Positions 11,940 through 23,329 are shown, counted from the first letter of the stretch. The stretch: DNA of 43,998 nt from Tubiluchus corallicola (GCA_030141605.1 JAQGDQ010001373.1:1-43998), one strand, 5' to 3'. Translations and numbers: made by a program. Notes: generated by a model not told the origin, from the sequence alone.

Positions 11940-12084
11940 TGCAACAAACTTTCTTGGCGTAAATCTCAGAGACAATCAATGGCATCACGTGTGTGCTTCT
12001 TATGAAAATGTTAACAACGGTGAATACTGCATTTCTGCTGATGGCGTGCTTGAAGGTAAAATACATGTAACAGGTATCTCTGCT
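11940..12084 (+). CDS. Pentraxin-domain protein, coding exon 5 (signature exon)
   Basis: TTTTTAG| (S)ATNFLGVNLRDNQWHHVCASYENVNNGEYCISADGVLEGKIHVTGISA |GTAAGT. Contains D.QWHHVC.S, the pentraxin HxCx[ST]W signature with W replaced by Y. An alternative donor follows 12055. Confidence 0.88.
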
Positions 12085-12161
12085 GTAAGTTTAACTCGCG
12101 TGGAATATAACGAGTGTGAGATACGATTGTCTTGCCCGTACAGAAGGAACCGAAAAGAGTA

Positions 12162-12351
12162 GAGTAAGTCCTCGGTTAACAACAGTAAATCCTCGTTTAA
12201 CAACAGTAAGTCCTCGGTTAACAACAGTAAGTCCTCGGTTAACAACAGTAAGTCCTCGGTTAACGACAGTAAGTCCTCGGTTAACGACAGTAATTCCTCG
12301 GTTAACAACAGTAAATCCTCGGTTAACGACAGTAAGTCCTCGCTTAACGAC
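12162..12351. repeat. 21 bp tandem array (9 copies) of the MITE left TIR
   Basis: Unit CAGTAAGTCCTCGGTTAACRA equals the TIR at 12330. Confidence 0.9.
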
Positions 12352-13556
12352 TCTAATGCGTTAAAACAACGTGCGACGTAAAGCGAAACGTCTTTAAACG
12401 AAGCCAAGACTTTCATAGAAAGTAATGTAAAAGAACTGAGATACGTTCCAGAGACAAAAATCATTACTGCTTAAATCATATAAGTTAAACAGTCTATGAG
12501 TTTTATTCATATTTCTACTGATTAATGTCTTCCCGTTTGCCTGAAAACACCTATATATTTTATTTATCAATACCTAGCTAACTACGGCCAAATCACATTG
12601 AAAACACCGGTTCTCGTCTGATCGCCGCAGTTAAGCAACGTAGAGCCTGGTTAGTACTTGGATGGGTGACCGCCTAGGAATACCAGGTGCTGTAGGCTTG
12701 CGAGATGCCCACACTGTATCTCAACACTAGCCGGAGGAGCTGCACAAGGTAGCCAACGGGTGGAGGAGGTCAAGTGATCCAACGGCCATGTGTAGAGGAG
12801 TAAACCTTCCAAATCAGGAGTGGAGCCCCGAAGGCGGACCAGTGCAGCATGCTCACTGACTCTGACAGCTCCTGCTGCCAAACGTATCGCTCTGCTTTCC
12901 TTTGTACTACACCAGCGAGGAAGAGAGGGGATTCCTGTTGTCTGGGCAACTCAGGATCTCCATACACCTTGCCCAGGCGTGCGCCCTGGAGACGTTCAAG
13001 GATCGGACTGCTCAGCCACAGTCGACGCTGCAGCTCCATCAATGTGATCAATGACTCCAACCAACCAACCAACCAACCATTACCTAGCTATAGCGGTTTC
13101 TCTTTGGTTAACATTTAAGCCTAGTCACCTAGTCAACCATAAACACCTCAGGTCAAGCCCTGGGGCAGCCTTGAGAGTTTTATCCAGAAACTTAGTCTGG
13201 GTGCTACAGCACAGGTTGCAGGCAAACTTCTCTTGCTTGATGGTCACTTGATACACAAATCTCTAGTATCACAGTAGTAGCATCATTAGTCAGTTGGGAA
13301 GCAGAAACATGTATAATAATTATACAGTTTGCGTTTTTGTGCGTTTTTAGAACAGAATAACGCAATAGGTGCTGCTGTAATGCATCAAATTAGGTAAAAA
13401 TTTTGTTAAACAATTAAAAATTTGCCTTGAGGAAAATGAAAAAATGGTCATCAACGCGAAACGTGTGTCGTTAAGTGAAAAAGAGTTTCAAGTGATCGGT
13501 GTCGTTAAAATAAAAAACGTCATTAAACGGGGAGTCGTTAAACGAGGACTTAACAG
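12330..13556. mobile_element. Tigger/pogo-like non-autonomous DNA transposon (MITE) hosting a SINE3
   Basis: Left CAGTAAGTCCTCGCTTAACGAC (12330-12351) and right GTCGTTAAACGAGGACTTA (13534-13552) form an 18/19 inverted match. CAGTAAGTCCTC..TTAACG termini are Tigger-like. Confidence 0.7.
12581..13080 (+). mobile_element. Full-length 5S rRNA-derived SINE (SINE3) with (CCAA)n tail and 10 bp TSD
   Basis: 12581-12699 is a diverged 5S head (CTACGGCCA...CTCGTCTGATC...GCCTGGTTAGTACTTGGATGGGTGACCGCCTAGGAATACCAGGTGCTGTAGGCTT), followed by an approximately 355 bp body and a CCAA tail. TACCTAGCTA occurs at 12571-12580 and 13081-13090. Confidence 0.92.
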
Positions 13557-14621
13557 CATTTAGAAGCACGAGAATTTTGAATTAGAAGCACATATCCTAA
13601 TATTTAGTACTACCATTATTCGTAGGCCTGGTGGCCACAAAAAGACCGGGACTGGGTACGATTGATATTAGTTTCTCAATGGGAATCATGACATGACTCA
13701 TTTTAGACAAATTGTGAATGTTGATTGAAGAAATTGCAGCAAAAATGTTTTCACATGTATTTCTGTGCAGAAATACACAATGATTATCACACTAAACATT
13801 ACTGTTGCCGGAAAACCATTTAAACTACAAAAAGTGGCAGCCATTAAAGGAAGACAGGATGATTTTTCGTATACTGCCCATTTTCAAGTGCGATAGAAAG
13901 TACACACTTAACACAATCAATCAAGATTTTAAAAATGGTAGCTGCTGTTGCCCTGCCTGGTGCATGACATCAAAAGTAAAAGTGAGGTAATAATAGTCTC
14001 TGTAGTTTATTATTTACGTTTGGCGATAATCGCTCTTTGAAGCTTTTTTTAATTGTTCATCCCAAAAGTCGATGTTAAATAAAGAATATTATTGTTGTTG
14101 TTGTTGTTGTTGTTAAAATGTTTACTTCTTCTCCAGGGGCAATTTATTCAATATTCTAACTAAGCTATAGCCTAGGCCGCCCCAGTTTGAAGGCGTCACA
14201 TTTTAGAAAAAATTCTTATTCTCCTTGGAAAATGTTTATACTTTCATGTTCATGCAAAGGGCACATTTTATAACACACCGCAGGCAGTTGCTGAATGCAG
14301 ATTCATATAAGTGCCACACAGCAAGCAGGAGCAAGGTATTATCCAACGAGAAGTTGTGCAGGATACTTGAATATAGGCACTATGCAAATAAAGTGTAATT
14401 AATAATGACCCCACAGAAACTAAGTTAATCTCATTTCTAATACACCACAAGTAATTGTTTGATCAGCTCATTACATAAACAACTATAAATTCACTATAGA
14501 AGCCGACAGGACAGGCCTAAGGTGTCGTAGTCTTCATACGCCCCATATTCTTCTCACACTTATGTCACTGAAATGAGATGTTTTGTTATTCAGAAGGAGA
14601 GTTCAATGCTTCACCGGGCAG

Positions 14622-14754
14622 ATACTAATGGGAGGATGTCTGACTGTTGGGCAGGATCAAACAAATCCCGGCACCATTGATCCAAAATACAGTTTTGCAG
14701 GGATGATTACTGGAGTTGTAATCGCTGACAGCAAACTAGACATTGATGCTATAA
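14622..14754 (+). CDS. Pentraxin-domain protein, coding exon 6 (GQ motif)
   Basis: ILMGGCLTVGQDQTNPGTIDPKYSFAGMITGVVIADSKLDIDAI |GTTAGT matches GG.L.LGQEQD..GG.FD..Q.F.G......IWD..L. The 5' boundary is uncertain (14622 is in frame; the stronger-looking acceptor at 14594 is out of phase). Confidence 0.85.
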
Positions 14755-15898
14755 GTTAGTATAATTATGATTTTTAAAACTGTTTAATTTCGAAATGTAA
14801 TTCTTGTATTGTTCCATCACGTATCTCACTGGATGAAAGGTCTACAAATAAGCCTTTTCACAGCGCGCATGCGCAGTTGCTGCATTTCAAAGATCAAGTG
14901 CACCACAGCAACACATCTTAACTACAATGGTCACGTGACGTTTAGTAAAACAAACTCGTCGTCCACATTACTTCAGTAACGTCCGTTGTTTTAAGTGGAC
15001 TTTATTAAATTTTGCATTAGCCGTAGAGAGATTTATAAAAAATGCGTTGTCTGGTACACTTAACCTTTGAACTTTATAACGATCAATATCAATCGTTAGA
15101 ATTGTGAAAAGGCTAATTAACATAAACAAAACATTAGGACATAGCGACTAAATGTTCTTAAGAGATTAAATGGCCAGGAAGAGCACTTCTGATTGCTGTG
15201 TTTTAATGCCGTTAAATATTGTTGATTATAGAAACTGAGACAATTACTTAGAATTTTTGCACATCATAAGTTATAAGTTTATTTATTTCCACACTGCATC
15301 TAACAATTATAATAAAAATACAGATAATTTCACTGAAGTAAATCTAAATATAAATGCAGTATTATCCAGAAATTACAAAATGCAGCATATACATGTGCAA
15401 ATTACGTTACAGAATAATTTTGATGCATATAGTTTGAGCCTAAAAGCATAGCTTGACAGGCCAAACTGTACGTGGAAATCTTTTAAAAAATGATTAATAA
15501 TTGAAATAATGAAATAATGATAATATATACATAAAAGTGGGGGTGGGGGGGAGTAGTAAATGAAAGATGAAATGGATCGAGAACTAAGAAAAACTGTGAT
15601 CATGATTATAAAGTGTTCAGTAACCTGTTGAGCATAGTCACGTTTTATTAAGATTACTGGGGTAAAAGAATACAGGTGATTACCATTATCAAACTGTGTT
15701 ACTCTCAATACTTTTGAAATATTTCTTTTCCGACGGTTTTTTTAAAAGTTGAAAAGGAGTGACTACATTTCGAATTGCGGCTTAGTCTATTCCATAGGAC
15801 TGGTCCCATATAGCTAATGAAATGTTTCGCCATATTTGTTCTACAACGTCTTGGTATATATTCATTATGACACGACCGTCACATTGTTTGCCTTCCAG

Positions 15899-16185
15899 AT
15901 ACTCTGAGAGAGTCCTGCACATACACCGATGATTCCTACATTTTCACGTGGGGTGTTGATGACGTACAAAGTGGACTTATGGGAAACCTTGAGTTATCTT
16001 CATCAAGCTGCACAGCCGTGCCACCAGAAATAAGGAGAGTCTGTTCCTTGACAGAGGATCAACTTAACGATTTGTTGAACTTTATAAATGGCGATGCTAG
16101 GCAAACATCATGGCTTATTCACAAACTTTTTAATGAAGTTAAGCATATTTTAAATGATTTCCTGTTCAGAACGCGTTCCAATTAA
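15899..16185 (+). CDS. Pentraxin-domain protein, last coding exon with C-terminal extension
   Basis: CCTTCCAG| (N)TLRESCTYTDDSYIFTWGVDDVQSGLMGNLELSSSSC...RTRSN*, phase 1 compatible. The seven exons total 894 nt (297 aa plus stop). Confidence 0.85.
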
Positions 16186-16579
16186 TGCGACGCTTTTGGA
16201 AAGTGCTTGTATCAAACAGGCACAAAGAAAATACAAACAACATTTATTTGCATCACTGTTGTGTTGTTTGTTGTTTTACTCGTAGACTTTGCACTTATAT
16301 GCTGTTGTTTTGATAACAAGTCTTTGTGTTGTTGGCGGCCATCTTGAATAGAGTACTCGTGTCACTCGCAACACACTTATTTTGCGAGGTGGCGCTGTGT
16401 ACTTATAAATTGCAAGTGAATCTCTCTATACATTCTCAGAACGATTAATGAAATTAAACTAAACGTTTAATTTAACTACATTTCTATTTTGCCTTCCTGC
16501 TAAACTGATGTGGATTGAAAAAAGTAATACAAGTGGCCTCGTGATGTGTCTTAACAAATTCCTATTCTATACATTTATA

Positions 16580-17125
16580 CATACCAATCAAGATATGTAA
16601 TCTGCAAAATAAATTATTAAATTATCTATATAATGGTATATCATAAGTCTTTTGGCTATTAACTACTGTTTGTTTGTGGAGTATAGCATAGTTTCATACC
16701 AATTAAGATACGTTATATTTAAGGTAAATTGTTAAATTATCTATATAATATTATATCATATATCTTTTGGCTATTAACTACTGTTTGTTTGTGGAGTATA
16801 GCATAGTTTCATACCAATTAAAATATGTAATATTTAAGGTAAATTGTTAAATTATCTATATAATATTATATCATATATCTTTTGGCTATTAACTACTGTT
16901 TGTTTGTGGCATGTAGCATAGTTTCGTACCAATCAAGATATGTAATCTGTAAGATAAATTGTTAAATTATCTATATAATATTATAACATATATCTTTTGG
17001 CTATTAACTACTGTTTGTTTGTGGCATGTAGCATAGTTTCATACCAATTAAAATACGTAATATTTAAGGTAAATTGTTAAATTATCTATATAATGGTATA
17101 TAATAAGTCTTTTGGCTATCTAACT
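16580..17125. repeat. 115 bp AT-rich tandem repeat, about 4.7 copies
   Basis: RTACCAAT anchor at 16581, 16696, 16811, 16926 and 17041. Confidence 0.92.
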
Positions 17126-17557
17126 ACTGAATTGTATTTCGATGTTGTTTCTAAATTCTGGTAAACTTACTTGTTTTAGATGCTTTGATAATGAACAGTT
17201 TGTTCGAAACCGGTCAATTCCATTTGATGTAGTTACACTTATTTTCCAAATATGGATAATTCAATTATTCTGTACATTTTTTGTACGTTTGTCTTGTTTG
17301 TTGTGTCATATTTGGTGTTTGGGGTTTCGGCAGTTTAAGACGATATTCTTTCAATAACTTTTTGACAAATTATGCACAGAACACGAGTTCTGAATATTCA
17401 ACAAAACCATAATAAATGTGGCACATGCAGTACGTGTCAGACAATGGCATACGTACAAGAAGATCTAAGACAAATGCAGTGCTCGTTATCCCAAAACGTA
17501 GCTATTGTTAAATAGAAGAATCATGTTACGTGTTTTGTTTCTAATTTTAGTCATAAC

Positions 17558-17573
17558 ACTGACTGACTGACTG

Positions 17574-17622
<49 letters not shown>

Positions 17623-17736
17623 TTTACCTACCTACCTACCTACCTACCTACCTACCTACCTACCTACCTACTTACCTACCTACCTACCTACCTACCTACC
17701 TACCTACCTACCTACCTACCTACCTACCTACCTACC

Positions 17737-17806
<70 letters not shown>

Positions 17807-17920
17807 TTTACCTCCAGCACCTGGTATTCCTAGTCCGTCACCCATCCAAGTACTAACCCGCCCTTACGTCGCTTAACTACGGTGATCAGACGAGAACCGG
17901 AGTCATCTACATAATTTGGA
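17558..17920 (-). mobile_element. 5S-derived retrocopy/simple SINE3 with compound (AAGT)n(AGGT)n(CAGT)n tail
   Basis: Reverse complement of 17809-17920 gives CCGGTTCTCGTCTGATCACCGTAGTTAAGC...GGTTAGTACTTGGATGGGTGACGGACTAGGAATACCAGGTGCTGGAGG, directly followed by about 250 bp of tetranucleotide repeats. Confidence 0.85.
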
Positions 17921-18661
17921 CAACCGGTATCTTCAACGCCGTAATCGTGTATAAGCAGATGCTCGTGTTAGAATCTACAGATTTCGTCAATGACTATACT
18001 GTGAGTGATGCTCAGAAAAATACTGATAAACTCTGGCGTCTGCGACCTTTCCTAAATAAAATCAGGGCGACTTGCCTTACATTGCCTCGAACAATGGAAG
18101 TGAGCATTGACGAACAAATGATTCCCTTTACTGGGAAATCCTCACTTCGCCAGTATGTCAAAGGAAAACCGAACCCGACGGGTCTGAAAGTCTTTGTGCT
18201 GGCATCACCTGAAGGCACAGTGTTGGATTTTCAGATATTTCAAGGGAAGGACAGTCTCCCAGGTGCAGCTGAAGATAACAGACTAAAACGATTTAAATTG
18301 GGCATAGGTGGTCTCTCTGTCCTGCGACTGGCTGAAACACTTGTTGCTGGCCAGCGTTTGTACTTTGATAGGTATTTTACACCTGTGCAACTGCTTGACA
18401 GACTATTAGAAAAGGGCGTACAAAGTACGGGGGCTGTCATGAGCAAAAACGTCCCTGCTACGGCCCACATACCACGTATAGTGACTGGACCACGCAGAAG
18501 TAAGATCGTTTCAGTGCGTAATGATAAAAAATGTGCATAGTAAATTGGCAGGACAATAAACCTGTACTGTTAGCTTCTACCGCACACAACGATTCGCCAA
18601 ATGACACGTGTAGAAGGTGGTCAAAGAAAAACAGGGATTATGTTGATGTGGATAGACCTTA

Positions 18662-18667
<6 letters not shown>

Positions 18668-18705
<38 letters not shown>

Positions 18706-19315
18706 TCTTTATTTGTCATTAAAATAGTTCACTCATTATAATAAAATTGAGTAAGCCTCAGCGTAATGTTAAGATAACAGCACTGTTCAAGACAAATGCG
18801 TCCAGTGCAGACTAAAAAAAACTAAAGTGCAAAACTAAGGCCTAATTATGTACAATAAATGAACATATTTACAAACACAATATTAAAATATTTTTACAAA
18901 ACAATATTACAAAAGTACATTAAATTTTACATGACATATTTTACACTATATATACATTTAATATGACACAATTAACAGAAACATGTTTTACATTGCATAA
19001 TTTTTTTTTAATTTTACATTTTTAATCGTTTTATGGAGTCAGGGGAGGGGCGGGGGTAGATGAAAGATGAGTCTGTGTAGATTAGTATCAGATGCACAAT
19101 GTGGAAGTTGAAACCTGTTATATTGATATTGTTTTAATTTCTTTTTAAAGTGGTGGAGAGATTCTATTAGTTTTATTTCACTGGGTAGTAAGTTCCATAA
19201 ATGTATGGCCTGTTTTGATATGGAGTTATTTCCAAATTTATTGTTTACTGTAATTTGCTTTAAATTGTGTGTTCTATTGTTTAAAGTGGTATCAGGAATA
19301 AATGCTAAGGGATCG
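18668..19315 (-). mobile_element. 5'-truncated LINE 3' end (CR1/L2/Crack group) with (TA)n tail, inserted in the piggyBac
   Basis: Minus strand about 19314-19115 reads ...NKFGNNSISKQAIHLWNLLPSEIKLIESLHHFKKKLKQY (WN.LP..I....S...FK..L motif), then an AT-rich 3' UTR, AATAAA and (TA)n. Confidence 0.8.
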
Positions 19316-19442
19316 TTTATAAATGTACAATGATAAAATGGGTGGAGTGGACTTGTGTGATCGTATGCTAGCTTTTTATGGAAGTGGTGCTAAATCCAGG
19401 AAATGGACTGTGAGAACTATCATGCATTTTATTGATGTAGTG

Positions 19443-19892
19443 CAGTGGTTCCCAACCGGGGGTACGCAACAGCAATGCCAGGGGTACGCAGAAGGTGTGT
19501 CAGATCGACACATTTTTTTCTTTCTGTAGCCGGTGAAAAGGGTAAAATACACCAAGTTGCAGCATCGCGATATTCTTTCTACAGATTAGGCAATATTTCA
19601 CAAACAATATCATTCCTGCGCAGTGCGCTAGAAAATACTTTTACCGGCCCACGAAAAGCTTATATTTTGTCGCTTTGTTTGTGCTGTACATTTTAATAAC
19701 TGCCTACCAGTAATGTAATTGTAATGTAATCTATTGTATCACATTTTTTTCACAGTATTGTCGATAATATTAATCGTTGTTTTCTGGAAACTGGTTTTTC
19801 AAACGATTTGTTGAAAAATATCAGGTGGGGGTATGCTGAAGATCGCCACATTTAGAAGGGGTACTTGGCAAGGAAAAGGTTGGGTACCACTG
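19443..19892. mobile_element. hAT (Charlie-like) MITE inserted in the piggyBac
   Basis: TIRs CAGTGGTTCCCAACC and GGTTGGGTACCACTG (14/15). Near-TSD ATGTAGTG / TTGTAGTG. Removing it rejoins HFIDVV-AVNSWIQY. Confidence 0.88.
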
Positions 19893-20309
19893 AATTGTAG
19901 TGGCAGTTAATTCTTGGATCCAGTATCGATGGGACGAGAAAAAACTGATGAAAACGTAAAGAAGGATAAACTGTAGTTCTTAAATTTTAAAATGCGGTTA
20001 GCTGAAGAGCCTCTTATTACAAACAACAGCAGCAGCGGCACGGAGAGCGATGAGAACACTACGGACGTGAAAAAACGTGTCCCGCTACCCACTGAAGGCT
20101 GCAAGAAAGTTTTATCGCAGCATTTACCCCGTGCGGTCGACATGAAGAATTCGGCTAGGTGTAGACAGAAAAACTGTACACGGAACACCAGAATAATGTG
20201 TGTCAAATGCGGATTATTTTTCTGCGTGCAACCTGATCCGCGGAATTGTTTTGAAAATTTCCACAAAAATAAACTCAACTGAATAAAGTTGAGTTTCAGT
20301 TTTCTGTTC

Positions 20310-20641
20310 TATTTGTGACCCAGTGTCCCCCCAGAAGGACAGTAAGGCCACTGCTGTGCATTCTGAATCGAAAAATACTGTATGTATCCAGTTTTGCATC
20401 TAATCATTGTAAATTTGTTTGAGATTTCATCTATAGATACATAGTTTTTTAAAAAGTGAATACTTCCGCCTTGTTGAATTAGCGACCCAGTGTCCCCCAA
20501 GGAGGACAACGAAACCCCCCTCTTCCCGACGAGATTTTCGAAAATGATCAATTGGATTATGGTTATCAGTCTAACAGTATCCTCTGTTATGAAATTGATC
20601 GATTTATAACGATCAGCAAACTCTGGGACCGACGAGGATAT
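20310..20641 (+). mobile_element. Probable piggyBac right end with subterminal repeats
   Basis: GACCCAGTGTCCCCC..(G/A)AGGACA occurs at about 20317 and 20484. Candidate terminus CTCTGGGACCGACGAGG|ATAT at 20621-20641. Confidence 0.5.
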
Positions 20642-21235
20642 TTGCCGCTAACAGATGGCAGCACAATAACGAAAGCACGTGCAAGAACGTGAGGCATCTT
20701 ACAAGCCGGCAGCGTAGTAGATGAACAACAGGAAATGTTAGACTGTCACGTGTATGTGCTTAACTATATGATGATTTTAATGCTTTGTGCCCATCTGCCT
20801 AATGCAACCAAATGAAGAAATTACAATTAAATATTAATTGCACAACGTAATTAACGTAACCGTCCGACATATTTAAAGAGGAAAGCAAACTAACTGAAGA
20901 TCAAATTTCTAGTCTCCGGCCGTGGATATTTGAAATGCAATAAAAGCAAGAGATTTCTCTTTTTGTACCTTGACTGAATTAAATGAAATTTCAACGTTTA
21001 TGATGGAGGATTAATTATATACAAATAATTGTTTGGCACTTTCAAGTACAATTATTTAAGTTAATAATTCTCATTTCTGTCTGTTTATTGTTTTGTTTTC
21101 CCGTTGTATAATTTTGTGTGTTATTATATTGATGTATGTATTGTAAATATGTAACTAATTATATTTGTAAATACACGACAACAATGGCGGCCGGCTGCGG
21201 AAGTAGGACTACTGGTAGTTTTTCGTACGGTGGAA

Positions 21236-21450
21236 GAGGTTATACTGCAAAAGGTAAAAGAACAACATTGAAGATCAAAACACTACTTGAATAAACGCGC
21301 ATTGTTGCTAGTTGAGGGTCTCAGGTCGAGGGCACAGAGTTAGTGATTGCTGAGGTTATACTGCAAAAGACAAAAGAACAACATTGAAGATCAGAACACT
21401 ACTTGAATAAACGCGCATTGTTGCTAGTTGAGGGTCTCAGGTCGAGGGCA
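21236..21450. repeat. Direct duplication, two copies of about 99 bp, period 116
   Basis: GAGGTTATACTGCAAAAG...GGTCGAGGGCAC at 21236 and 21352. Confidence 0.9.
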
Positions 21451-22404
21451 CTATGTTCACACTCACTCACAATTGGATATTTAAAACTGGTTTAATTTAC
21501 TGTCAGAGAAAGATTGAAACCAAACCTGTTTGAAATGCCACAAACCTGGCTTTAGTTAACAAACATTCATTCACAATCGAATATCCAGTGCTTAAATAAA
21601 GTATAAAAGCGTAGAAGGATTGAATTTGTAGAGAGTTTAAAGTATATTAGACTGAAGTTAGTGTAGACTATTGTAGACTGACTCAATCTGGTGGTTAAAA
21701 TAAAGAATATGAAATTGTGTTTAACTGTGAAAGACCATTCAACAGCAATGCTCAAGAAAAAAAGACCCATGCAGAGCTACCCAAGTCACATGCACCCACT
21801 GAGCTTACCTGATTGGCTAGTGAAATTTACTGGCAATCTACATTCCCATATATGGGAAGCCCAGCAGGTACAGGTGACTGAGCAGCACTGGCCAAGGCCA
21901 CAACCTGGATTAAACTTCGACTCCAGTTCCATAATAATTTTAAATGTAGGTGGCAGCACACATTATTGTAGTAGTTTAAATTAAGAATCGCAAATGAAAT
22001 GTGTGGCAAGTGGACCTTGGGACAGCTAACCCGTGTCGTTTTACCAGCTTGTGCGAACATTTTAAATTATTAATAATATAATATATTAATTCATATTTTT
22101 GTAAGAACAAAAAGGGAGCAAACAACTAAGCAAAAGTAAAATTAAAACAAGAAACATAAGCAGGTAATCAAGCAAATGAGCAAGCAAGCAAACGTTAAAA
22201 ACAGGTAGTTAAGCAACTAAACAAGCGAATGAACGAACTAGCAACCCAGTAAGCAAAAAGCAAGCGTGAAAACAGCAAACAAAACGTACCACCTCCACCC
22301 ATTTTCACAACATGCAATACTAAGTCATTGTTTACTTTTTTATTATCAAATATTTTAGCCGTAAACGTGTAATAATCGCTCGTTTTTTAATATGGATCTT
22401 ATAA

Positions 22405-23118
22405 GAAGCTGACTCAGTAACTGCTTGTGGTGTGTTATTAAATGCGTTGTTAAAATGTTGTTGAAAAGCTGACCCAGCAACTGTTTGTGGTGTGTTATTA
22501 AATGCGTTGTTAAAATGTTGTTGAAAAGCTGACCCAGCAACTGTTTGTGGTGTGTTATTAAATGCGTTGTTAAAATGTTGTTGAAAAGCTGACCCAGCAA
22601 CTGTTTGTAGTGTGTTATTAAATGCGTTGTTAAAATGTTGTTGAAAAGCTGACCCAGCAACTGCTTGCGGTGTGTTATTAAATGCGTTGTTAAAATGTTG
22701 TTGAAAAGCTGACCCAGTAACTGCTTGCGGTGTGTTATTAAATGCGTTGTTAAAATGTTGTTGAAAAGCTGACCCAGTAACTGCTTGTGGTGTGTCATTA
22801 AATGCGTTGTTAAAATGTTGTTGAAAAGCTGACCCAGTAACTGCTTGTGGTGTGTTATTAAATGCGTTGTTAAAATGTTGTTGAAAAGCTGACTCAGTAA
22901 CTGCTTGTGGTGTGTTATTAAATGCGTTGTTAAAATGTTGTTGAAAGCTGACTCAGTAACTGCTTGTGGTGTGTTATTAAATGCGTTGTTAAAATGTTGT
23001 TGAAAGCTGACTCAGTAACTGCTTGTGGTGTGTCATTAAATGCGTTGTTAAAATGTTGTTGAAAAGCTGACCCAGCAACTGCTTGTGGTGTGTCATTAAA
23101 TGCGTTGTTAAAATGTTG
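22405..23118. repeat. 60 bp tandem repeat, about 12 copies
   Basis: Units align vertically in the 60-column layout. Confidence 0.96.
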
Positions 23119-23329
23119 TGTGTTCTCGTTAATACAACGTTTTTCCTGCAATTATACATTTAGTTTAAACATCATTTATGGGAGTATACAAGCAGAATAA
23201 AAGTATCTGATTTGTTTAAATACAAATTGTTTATTTACAAGCAATAAGCAATTATGGTGTGGGGGGCGGGGAATCGTGACCCTACAAGGGTTAAGCAAAC
23301 ATACTAACATTACATGAGTAAACATAAAA

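Larger units (their letters stand above)
17947..20282 (+). pseudogene. Decayed piggyBac (PGBD-like) DDD transposase, 5'-truncated and interrupted twice
   Basis: Motifs [58 protein letters not shown]...MHFIDV, VNSW and a C-terminal Cys-rich domain CRQKNC...CVKCGLFFC...RNCFENFH. Frameshift near 18530 and stops near 19956-19975. Confidence 0.93.

Noticed and set aside
12581-12699. Functional 5S rRNA gene
   Set aside because: Diverged head, no oligo-T terminator, followed by a body, tail and TSD, so it is a SINE.
16101-16169. Possible in-frame 69-nt GC-AG intron in the last pentraxin exon
   Set aside because: GCAAAC is a poor GC donor and the frame is open without it; undecidable without cDNA.
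11790-21960. Recurrent AGRTGGCAGCAC CTCF-like motif (11793, 20654, 21948)
   Set aside because: Short motif common in repeats, with no supporting evidence for insulator function.
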